In this document: piece by piece, positions 27,544-35,081 of the stretch
Layout of the letters: every line of letters begins with the position of its first letter
Numbering within the stretch: position 1 is the first letter of the stretch
NCBI GenBank assembly: GCA_036170775.1
Contig: JAVHPV010000292.1
Location: forward strand, 1-35,081
Source of the DNA: Gallionella sp.
Lineage (GTDB): Bacteria; Pseudomonadota; Gammaproteobacteria; Burkholderiales; Gallionellaceae
Direction: 5' to 3'
DNA: 35,081 nucleotides
Position numbers and translations under genes: made by a program
Notes under the pieces: generated by a model
What the model saw: the letters and a program-made list of their open reading frames with translations, nothing else
Told to the model about the DNA's origin: nothing
Databases searched by the model: none

Positions 27544-29706
27544 TTACACCTCTGGGACAAAGATTACGCCAGCCAAGGGCGGCAAGACGATTTCAGCCGA
27601 GTAGGGCAACCCCATCCACGGCACGGGTTCAGCCTGAATCGCCCCCGCATTGCTGACATTGCTACCCGCGTAATACTCTGAATCTGAATTGAAGACTAAG
27701 CGATAACGGGCTTGTTGTGGCAGGCCAATACGATAATGCAAGCGTGGTACTGGCGTTAAGTTCAGGGCAACCACGGCACTCGCGCCATTGCGTGCGCGAC
27801 GTTGGTAGGACAGCACAGATTTCTCTGCATCGTTGCAATCAATCCAAGAAAAGCCAGCCGAGTCAAAGTCTAAATCGTGCAGCGCGGGCAGCTCTTTATA
27901 CAGGCGATTCAAATCAGCCGTCATATTTTGCATACCACGGTGGAATTCCTCACCCAACTGCCACCATTCCAGCTCCCATTTAGCTTGCCACTCACGCCCT
28001 TGCGCAATTTCATTGCCCATAAAGTTGAGTTTTTTGCCAGGGCTGGTCATTTGATATGTGAACAATAAACGTAAATTGGCAAATTTTTGCCATGCGTCGC
28101 CTGGCATTTTCGAGAGTAATGAGCCTTTGCCGTGCACTACTTCGTCATGCGAGAACGGCATCACGAAGTTTTCGCTATACGCGTAAATTTGCCCGAAGGT
28201 CAGTTGATTGTGATGATAGCGGCGATGCACGGGTTCATGATGGAAGTAATTTAAGGTGTCGTTCATCCACCCCATGTTCCACTTAATCGAGAAGCCCAAA
28301 CCGCCCAAATACACAGGACGTGACACGCCAGGCCACGCAGTAGATTCTTCGGCAAAAGTGAGTGCACCCGCAAATTCCTCATGCACCATGATGTTCATTT
28401 CGCGTAAGAAAGCCACGGCTTCTAGATTTTCACGACCACCATATTTATTGGGTATCCATTCCCCCGCTTTACGCGAATAATCCAAGTACAGCATGGAGGC
28501 TACCGCATCGACACGCAAACCATCAAAGTGGAATTCCGACAACCAGTAATGTGCGCTGGACATGAGAAAGGATTTAACTTCGTTGCGACCGAAATTGAAA
28601 ATGTGCGTACCCCAATCTTGGTGAAAGCCTAGACGTGGGTCTTCGTGTTCATACAGTGCTGTCCCATCGAAGCGCGCTAACGCCCAACTGTCTTGTGGGA
28701 AGTGTGCTGGTACCCAATCGAGAATCACGCCTATGCCTGCTTGGTGGCAGGTGTCGATGAGTTCGCGTAGTTCGTCAGGAGAGCCGAAACGGCTGCTGGC
28801 AGCAAAATAACCTGTGCATTGATAACCCCATGAATCATCGAAAGGGTGTTCGGAAAGAGGCATCATTTCGATATGGGTGTAGCCCATACTTTTGACGTAA
28901 GGGACTAGATCTGCGGCCAGCTCACGATAGGTATAAAAACGTCCGTCGGGATGGCGTTTCCAAGAGCCTGCATGCATCTCATAGATGTTGATTGCACCAT
29001 GCAGCCAGTCCCATTGACCGCGTTGCTTCAACCACTCACCATCTTGCCATGAATGGTCGTTTTTGGTGTTGGCTAATGAGGCAGTACCTGGGCGCAGCTC
29101 ATAACCTTGTGCGTAAGGATCGGTTTTGATCAGCAAATTGCCTGTGTTGCGATTGCGTATTTCATAACGGTACAAGGCGTGTTGGGCAATTTCTGGGATA
29201 AACAACTCCCATACGCCGCTTCCTCCATGTGAACGCATGGGATGCAAGCGACCGTCCCATTGATTGAATTCACCAATCACGCTGACGCGTTCGGCATTGG
29301 GTGCCCATACGGCAAAGCGTACACCTTTGACTCCATCAATAGTTACGTCATGCGATCCCAGCATGCGGTAGCCTTGACGCAAGCGACCTTCGTTAAAAAG
29401 GTATAGGTCTTGTGGTGAAATATGCGCTGGAAATTGATAGGGATCGTAGATGTCGCGTGTGCTGTTGCCTTGGCTAACTTGAATTTTATAGGGGCGGGCG
29501 GGTTCTGTTTTGCCGCGCCACTCAAAAACACCAGAAGGGTGGGTGCGTTCAAATAATTGCGTTTCAGTGTTGTTAAGGAGAGCGACTTGGGTGGCATAAG
29601 GTTTGTAAACTCGGATCACCCACTCTGCGTTTTCTTGGTGTAGGCCGAGTAAGCCAAAAGGGTCATAAAGACGGGACTGCAACAGCGATTCCATTAACGT
29701 ATTCAC
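27544..29706 (-). CDS. glgB: 1,4-alpha-glucan branching enzyme (GH13)
   Basis: FAVWAPNA, DWVPAHFP, DGLRVDAVASMLY, AEEST, KWNMGWM and SHDEVVHGK. Confidence 0.97.
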   Translation of the reverse strand: MNTLMESLLQSRLYDPFGLLGLHQENAEWVIRVYKPYATQVALLNNTETQLFERTHPSGVFEWRGKTEPARPYKIQVSQGNSTRDIYDPYQFPAHISPQDLYLFNEGRLRQGYRMLGSHDVTIDGVKGVRFAVWAPNAERVSVIGEFNQWDGRLHPMRSHGGSGVWELFIPEIAQHALYRYEIRNRNTGNLLIKTDPYAQGYELRPGTASLANTKNDHSWQDGEWLKQRGQWDWLHGAINIYEMHAGSWKRHPDGRFYTYRELAADLVPYVKSMGYTHIEMMPLSEHPFDDSWGYQCTGYFAASSRFGSPDELRELIDTCHQAGIGVILDWVPAHFPQDSWALARFDGTALYEHEDPRLGFHQDWGTHIFNFGRNEVKSFLMSSAHYWLSEFHFDGLRVDAVASMLYLDYSRKAGEWIPNKYGGRENLEAVAFLREMNIMVHEEFAGALTFAEESTAWPGVSRPVYLGGLGFSIKWNMGWMNDTLNYFHHEPVHRRYHHNQLTFGQIYAYSENFVMPFSHDEVVHGKGSLLSKMPGDAWQKFANLRLLFTYQMTSPGKKLNFMGNEIAQGREWQAKWELEWWQLGEEFHRGMQNMTADLNRLYKELPALHDLDFDSAGFSWIDCNDAEKSVLSYQRRARNGASAVVALNLTPVPRLHYRIGLPQQARYRLVFNSDSEYYAGSNVSNAGAIQAEPVPWMGLPYSAEIVLPPLAGVIFVPEV

Positions 29707-29794
29707 CTGATCTCCTCTTTGTTCTTGTCTAGTGCGTCAATTGTAAACGATAATAAACGCGCTAATTTAAGTTAAATCGAAAAGGGAGACGAGA

Positions 29795-31120
29795 ATGAAT
29801 GCTGAATTGGGTTATTTACAAAAAAAATACCATGTTGCATCAGGAGACCCAGCACCACGCTTTGTTAGTCGCATCACCAAAAACACTTATGCAATGGTAC
29901 TGGCAGGCGGGCGTGGTAGCCGTTTGCATCAACTGACCGACTGGCGTGCTAAACCCGCTGTACCGTTCGGCGGCAAGTTCCGTATTATTGATTTCGTGCT
30001 CTCCAATTGCGTCAATTCTGGTATTCGCCGTATCGGCGTGGCGACACAATACAAATCGCATAGTTTGATTCAACACATTCAGCGCGGCTGGTCTTTCCTA
30101 AATGGTCAATTTGGTGAGTATGTAGACTTGTTGCCAGCACAACAGCGCATTAGCGAAGACCAATGGTATATGGGCACGGCGGATGCGGTATTCCAAAATT
30201 TGGACATTATTCGTGAGTCAAAATGTGATTTTGTACTGGTGCTAGCAGGCGATCACATTTACAAGATGGATTACGGCAAATTGTTGGCTTTCCATGTAGA
30301 AAGCAAAGCGGATATGACGGTAGCGTGCTTGGAAGTGCCTATCTCCGAAGCGTATGCGTTTGGTGTGATGGGGGTGGACAAAGATTCGCGCGTGGTGGAA
30401 TTTGTTGAGAAGCCTGCCAATCCTCCTTCGATTCCCGGAAATCCAGAAAAATCACTGGCCAGCATGGGTATCTATGTGTTCAACAGTCAATTCCTGTATG
30501 AGCAGTTGATCCGCGATGCGGATGATCCTAAATCTAGCCATGATTTTGGTAAGGATTTGATTCCGCACATGGTCGAAAAATATCGTGTATTTGCACAAAG
30601 TTTTGAGCAAAGCTGTGTTGGTATGGGCGATGACAACACGCCTTACTGGCGTGATGTGGGAACGATAGATTCTTATTGGGAAGCGAGTATGGAACTCACT
30701 AAAGTGATTCCAGATTTGAATATGTATGACCAAGAGTGGCCGATTTGGACGCATCAAGAGCAGTTGCCTCCCGCTAAGTTTGTGTTCGATGAACCTGAAC
30801 GCCGTGGTATTGCAGTGGACTCGCTGGTGTCGGGGGGCTGCATCGTGAGTGGCTCTACGGTGAAGCATTCATTGCTGTTCTCTGATGTGCGTGTAAATAG
30901 TTATTCGACGATTGAAGATTCGGTATTGCTACCCAATGTGGACGTGGGGCGTTATGTCACCTTGAAGAAGGTCATTATTGATAAAAACTGCAAGATACCT
31001 GAGGGGATGAGCATTGGGGTCAACCCTGAAGAAGACCGCAAGCGTTTCCATGTTAGCTCTAATGGGGTAACACTCGTTACACCTGAAATGTTGGGGCAAA
31101 CCGTCCACAGTATCCGTTAA
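29795..31120 (+). CDS. glgC: Glucose-1-phosphate adenylyltransferase
   Basis: [36 protein letters not shown] and YWRDVGT. Confidence 0.98.
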   Translation: MNAELGYLQKKYHVASGDPAPRFVSRITKNTYAMVLAGGRGSRLHQLTDWRAKPAVPFGGKFRIIDFVLSNCVNSGIRRIGVATQYKSHSLIQHIQRGWSFLNGQFGEYVDLLPAQQRISEDQWYMGTADAVFQNLDIIRESKCDFVLVLAGDHIYKMDYGKLLAFHVESKADMTVACLEVPISEAYAFGVMGVDKDSRVVEFVEKPANPPSIPGNPEKSLASMGIYVFNSQFLYEQLIRDADDPKSSHDFGKDLIPHMVEKYRVFAQSFEQSCVGMGDDNTPYWRDVGTIDSYWEASMELTKVIPDLNMYDQEWPIWTHQEQLPPAKFVFDEPERRGIAVDSLVSGGCIVSGSTVKHSLLFSDVRVNSYSTIEDSVLLPNVDVGRYVTLKKVIIDKNCKIPEGMSIGVNPEEDRKRFHVSSNGVTLVTPEMLGQTVHSIR

Positions 31121-31134
31121 TTTATCCTTAATCC

Positions 31135-31165
31135 TAGCCCCGCCATGCTTGGCGGGGTTATCTTT
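31135..31165 (+). terminator. Intrinsic-terminator-like hairpin after glgC
   Basis: TAGCCCCGCCA-TGCT-TGGCGGGGTTA followed by TCTTT. Confidence 0.55.
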
Positions 31166-31174
31166 ATGTACACC

Positions 31175-32887
31175 ATGAAAAAAACTGTAGACCTTGTTTT
31201 TCTATGGCATATGCACCAGCCAGATTACCGTGATTATTCCACGGGAGATTTTGTATTGCCGTGGACCTATCTGCATGCCATCAAGGATTACACCGATATG
31301 GCCTATCACTTGGAGCAACACCCCAAGATGAAAGCAATGCTGAACTTCGTGCCAATTCTGGTGGATCAGCTCGAAGACTACGTGGATCAATTTGCCACGG
31401 GGAAATTACGTGATCCTTTGTTGCGCTTGTTGGCGCATAGCGAATCCGAGAAGCTGACCTTGGCACAGCGTGAATTAGTGTTGGATGCGTGCTTTCGCTG
31501 TAATCACGAAAAAATGGTTACGCCATTCCCTGCATACCAACGATTGATGGATTTGCATAGTCAGTTGCATGCAGGAGGCGCGTCCACATTGGCCTATTTG
31601 TCAGATCAATATATGGCTGATTTGCTCACTTGGTATCACCTTGCGTGGTGTGGTGAAAGTGTGCGTCGCCAACATCCATTAGTGATACGTTTGATCCAAA
31701 AAGCGCATGGGTTTACCTATCAAGATCGCAAGCAATTGCTCGATTTGATCGGTGAATTGGTGAGCAACATTATTCCGCGTTACCGCAAATTGGCGAAGTC
31801 GGGGCAAATCGAAATTTCGTCCACGCCGCACTATCATCCATTAGCACCGTTGCTGATTGATTTTTCCAGTGCTTTAGAGGCGATGCCAGATGCCCCTATG
31901 CCTGAAGCACCGATCTACCCAGGGGGACGCGAGCGTGTTGCACAGCACATTCGCAAAGCCAAGCAAAGTCATGCCGCACGATTCGGTTCTGCACCGAAAG
32001 GAATGTGGCCTGCCGAAGGTTCGATTTCCAATGAAACGTTGGAGGTTATGGCCGAAGAAGGGTGTGTGTGGGCGGCAAGCGGACAAACGGTATTGGTCAA
32101 TAGTTTGCGCAAAAATAATTTATCTACCCAAAACAAGAATGAGTATCTCTATCGCCCTTATCAACTCACAGGGACGGCTAGCAAGGTAAGTTGTTTCTTC
32201 CGCGATGACAACCTCTCAGACTTGATTGGATTTGAATATGCGCGTTGGGATGGTAAAGATGCGGCACATCATTTAGTGGCGCGAATCGAAGAAATTGCCA
32301 AGCAAGCTCCCGATGGTGAAATCCCTGTGGTGAGCGTGATTTTAGATGGTGAGAATGCTTGGGAGTATTACCCTTATAACGGATTTTATTTCCTAGATGA
32401 GCTGTATCGCAGCTTGGAAAATCATAATAAGGTACATACCAATACCTTTAGTGATTATCTAAAGCTGAGTCCGATTCGCACCGACAGTGCAACCCCGAAA
32501 ACCTTGCCTAGTATGGTGGCAGGAAGCTGGGTATACGGGAATTTTTCGACTTGGATAGGGAGTCGCGATAAAAATCGCGCTTGGGATTTGTTATGCGCAG
32601 CCAAAACAAGCTATGACCAAGTGCTGGCAAGTGGTGTTCTGACGCAAGCCGAGGTGGCGGCGGCAGAACAGCAGCTATGTTCATGCGAAAGTTCAGATTG
32701 GTGCTGGTGGTTTGGTGACTACAATCCTGCGCTGTCAGTCGCTAGTTTTGATCGTTTATATCGGCATAACCTCAGGGAGTTATATCGTCTGATTAAACTT
32801 CCAGCGCCGCATAGCTTGTCAGAACCCGTGAGTCTGGGCAGTGTCAATACGGATGTGACTGGGGCGATGCGTCGGGCGAATGAATAA
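31175..32887 (+). CDS. Glycoside hydrolase family 57 (amylopullulanase-like)
   Basis: WHMHQP, PHYHPLAPL, WPAEG (nucleophile Glu), ILDGENAWE (acid Asp) and ESSDWCWW. The start could be 31166 or 31175. Confidence 0.9.
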   Translation: MKKTVDLVFLWHMHQPDYRDYSTGDFVLPWTYLHAIKDYTDMAYHLEQHPKMKAMLNFVPILVDQLEDYVDQFATGKLRDPLLRLLAHSESEKLTLAQRELVLDACFRCNHEKMVTPFPAYQRLMDLHSQLHAGGASTLAYLSDQYMADLLTWYHLAWCGESVRRQHPLVIRLIQKAHGFTYQDRKQLLDLIGELVSNIIPRYRKLAKSGQIEISSTPHYHPLAPLLIDFSSALEAMPDAPMPEAPIYPGGRERVAQHIRKAKQSHAARFGSAPKGMWPAEGSISNETLEVMAEEGCVWAASGQTVLVNSLRKNNLSTQNKNEYLYRPYQLTGTASKVSCFFRDDNLSDLIGFEYARWDGKDAAHHLVARIEEIAKQAPDGEIPVVSVILDGENAWEYYPYNGFYFLDELYRSLENHNKVHTNTFSDYLKLSPIRTDSATPKTLPSMVAGSWVYGNFSTWIGSRDKNRAWDLLCAAKTSYDQVLASGVLTQAEVAAAEQQLCSCESSDWCWWFGDYNPALSVASFDRLYRHNLRELYRLIKLPAPHSLSEPVSLGSVNTDVTGAMRRANE

Positions 32888-32939
32888 CGCAAAGCCGCAT
32901 TGCGCGACATAATGACGTGCTGGAACGCTTGAATTCGCC

Positions 32940-33974
32940 ATGAGAACAGTTCGCCTCGTTATTCCTGATTTATTCCTTCCCCAAGATGTCGCGGCTGAAG
33001 TGTTTCGTGATTTATCTTTGCCTGCGCTAGAGAAAATTTTGGCGCGCGCTGTTTGGCAAACGCCATCCACTGCCGACACTGAGTTACCGTTAGAAAATTT
33101 ATTGTGTGGCTTGTTCGGTTGGACAGGGCAGGGCGATGCCCCCGTGGCCAGTATTGGCGCGGCATTTCACGCACTGCCTGCTTGTAGCGAACAAGGGGGG
33201 TGGTTGCGTGCTGACCCTGCTTTTTTACGTTTGCAACGCGAACAAATGTTGTTGTTGCCTTATCCCTCAATTTCGGCGCATGAGGCGCAGCAATTTTGCG
33301 CTGCGCTGAATGAATATTTTGTGGGGCAAGGCTTGCAGTTTTTTGCCCCGCATCCGCAGCAGTGGTATGTGCGTTTGGAGCATCAGCCCGCGCTGCATAC
33401 TGTGCCGCTTTCACAGGTGGCGGGGCGCAACGTGCATGATCTGCTTCCGCAAGGGGGCGATGCTTTGCGCTGGCATCAATTGTTCAATGAAATTCAGATG
33501 CTACTGTTCGCACATCCGCTGAATGAGCAACGCGAAACGCAAGGCGAGTGGCCGATCAATAGCGTGTGGTTATGGGGCGGGGGAAAGTACCATAGGACTG
33601 TCGGGGAGCATTTTAGTGCGGTCAGTTCCAATGACAGCTTGGTGGAAATGCTGTGTCACGGCATAGCCTGCCCCTTTAGTCCGTGGCCTGCGCAATGGCA
33701 ACCCACGATAAGCAGTGGTGAACAATTGCTGGTATGGACAGCGTTACGTTTAGCTTTGCAGCAAGGGGACATTGCGGCTTGGCGAGAGGCTTTGCAAACA
33801 TTTGAAGCTCGCTATGCACAGCCGCTATGGACAGCATTACGCCGTGGCGAAATTGCCCAACTTACGGTGCAAATACTGAGTGGCGAACAGATGCGTCAAA
33901 TGCACTTAACGCGATCTGGCACTTGGGCATTGTGGCGACGTGGCAAGCCGTTGGCTGATTATGCAATCGGGTAG
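32940..33974 (+). CDS. COG4255-type protein often annotated as phosphoglycerate mutase-like
   Basis: LRADP, W..LFNEIQMLLFAHPLNEQR..QGEWPINSVWLWGGG, similar to the insertion region of archaeal-type cofactor-independent PGM. Confidence 0.65.
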   Translation: MRTVRLVIPDLFLPQDVAAEVFRDLSLPALEKILARAVWQTPSTADTELPLENLLCGLFGWTGQGDAPVASIGAAFHALPACSEQGGWLRADPAFLRLQREQMLLLPYPSISAHEAQQFCAALNEYFVGQGLQFFAPHPQQWYVRLEHQPALHTVPLSQVAGRNVHDLLPQGGDALRWHQLFNEIQMLLFAHPLNEQRETQGEWPINSVWLWGGGKYHRTVGEHFSAVSSNDSLVEMLCHGIACPFSPWPAQWQPTISSGEQLLVWTALRLALQQGDIAAWREALQTFEARYAQPLWTALRRGEIAQLTVQILSGEQMRQMHLTRSGTWALWRRGKPLADYAIG

Positions 33975-34005
33975 AACCTAAGTACTTTTGAGGCGTGGAG
34001 CATAT

Positions 34006-35081
34006 ATGGAATTCTGGCAAGCAGTGATGCAACATTTTTGGCACGAAGAATCTCTTCCCGTGTTGGTGTTGGCTCTGTGTCTGGCTTTCCTGTTATTCAA
34101 TTTCCTGAAAGAAGATCGTAAAAGTGTGCTGAACACATTGACGTTTTTCATCACTTGCTTGTGTCTGGCTTTCCTCAGTGGTTTGCTCTACGCCATGCAG
34201 TTCACTCAAGGAGCTGACGTGTTCCGCGAGGTGGCGGTGATAGGTATGGGCATCGCGGTGATACGTCTGTGGGGCTTGCTGACCTTCCGTATTGTGTTGC
34301 CCAAGTTACGTATCTCACCGCCGCGTATTGCTGAAGATATTTTTGTCATCATTGCTTACCTCGCGTGGGGCTTGGTACGTTTGCGTTATGCGGGCTTGGA
34401 CTTGGGTAGCATCGTTGCTACCTCGGCGATGATTACCGCAGTGGTGGCGTTTGCCATGCAAGACACACTGGGCAATATCTTGGGCGGGCTCGCCTTGCAA
34501 CTGGACAACTCTATTGAAATCGGTGACTGGATCAAGGTGGACGATATTTCTGGACGCGTGGTAGATATTCGTTGGCGTTCTACCTTGGTGGAAACTCGCA
34601 ATTGGGAGACGGTGGTGTTTCCTAACAGTCAGCTCATGAAAAACAAGTTTTTGGTATTGGGGCGGCGCACTGATCAACCTGTGCAATGGCGGCGTTGGGT
34701 GTGGTTCAACGTGAGTTTAACGACCACGCCAACCAAAGTAGTGAGTGCGATAGAGAACGCAATTTTGCAGGCTGAAATCAATAACGTCGCTAAAACTCCC
34801 GTGCCGAGCTGTGTCTTGATGGAAATGGATAAGGGCTGCGCACGTTATGCCTTGCGTTATTGGCTTACCGATTTGGCCGCAGACGATCCGACCGATGCGG
34901 CGGTGCGTTGGCATGTTTATACCGCGTTGGAACGCGCCAATATCAAGCTGACCGTGGAAGAACAAAATGTCCACTTCATCAAAGAGAATGAGAAATATGA
35001 GGAGGCAGTGCAGCAACGCGAATTACTGCGTCGGATTAAAACGCTCAAACGTGTTGAGCTGTTTGCTCAAATGACGGATGA
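34006..35081 (+). CDS. MscS-family mechanosensitive channel, probably with a C-terminal cNMP-binding domain (3'-truncated)
   Basis: Missing from the ORF track because it has no stop in the window. Manual translation gives MEFWQAV..., several TM helices, AFAMQDTLGNILGGL, IEIGDWIKV, GRVVDIRWRST and VFPNSQL, ending LKRVELFAQMTD (the typical entry into a cNMP-binding domain). SD GGAG upstream. Confidence 0.88.
   Translation, partial: MEFWQAVMQHFWHEESLPVLVLALCLAFLLFNFLKEDRKSVLNTLTFFITCLCLAFLSGLLYAMQFTQGADVFREVAVIGMGIAVIRLWGLLTFRIVLPKLRISPPRIAEDIFVIIAYLAWGLVRLRYAGLDLGSIVATSAMITAVVAFAMQDTLGNILGGLALQLDNSIEIGDWIKVDDISGRVVDIRWRSTLVETRNWETVVFPNSQLMKNKFLVLGRRTDQPVQWRRWVWFNVSLTTTPTKVVSAIENAILQAEINNVAKTPVPSCVLMEMDKGCARYALRYWLTDLAADDPTDAAVRWHVYTALERANIKLTVEEQNVHFIKENEKYEEAVQQRELLRRIKTLKRVELFAQMTD

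Noticed and set aside
29707-29794. HexR/Cra-like operator in the divergent glgB-glgC region (TTGTAAACGATAATAAA)
   Set aside because: Only a half-site resemblance with no convincing dyad.
31145-31165. ORF-track start of the GH57 gene at 31145
   Set aside because: It lies inside the post-glgC hairpin; ATG 31166 or 31175 fits the domain start better.
34315-35016. Minus-strand ORFs at the window end
   Set aside because: Antisense to the plus-strand MscS reading frame.
1-35081. CRISPR arrays, tRNA/rRNA genes, prophage or integrase genes
   Set aside because: Intergenic gaps are short and none contains spaced direct repeats, cloverleaf motifs or phage-type ORFs.

Overview
A roughly 50% GC chromosomal window, mostly core genome, from a betaproteobacterium (gene content and order suggest Nitrosomonadales/Gallionellaceae; this is inference). 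In order it holds: (1) a 5'-truncated class I fumarase, the SRP 4.5S RNA (ffs), pagL, dnaX-ybaB-recR and rluB; (2) an accessory-looking three-gene membrane signalling cassette made of a class III nucleotide cyclase (non-canonical base-specificity residues, one TM helix, C-terminal PEGA-like domain), a tail-anchored Hanks-type Ser/Thr kinase, and a YgfX-like membrane protein with no sdhE partner; (3) nadB divergent from the conserved rpoE-rseABC-degP-lepA-lepB-DUF4845-rnc-era-recO-pdxJ-acpS cluster; (4) a decayed IS30 3' end in frame with acpS; (5) a glycogen cluster (glgP, glgA, pgi, glgB, glgC, GH57); (6) a COG4255/phosphoglycerate mutase-like gene and a 3'-truncated MscS channel that probably carries a cNMP-binding domain. 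No CRISPR array, tRNA, rRNA, prophage or intact mobile element was seen. The best candidate for an undescribed system is the cyclase/kinase/YgfX cassette at 5745-8912. All family calls come from motif recognition by eye, not database searches.
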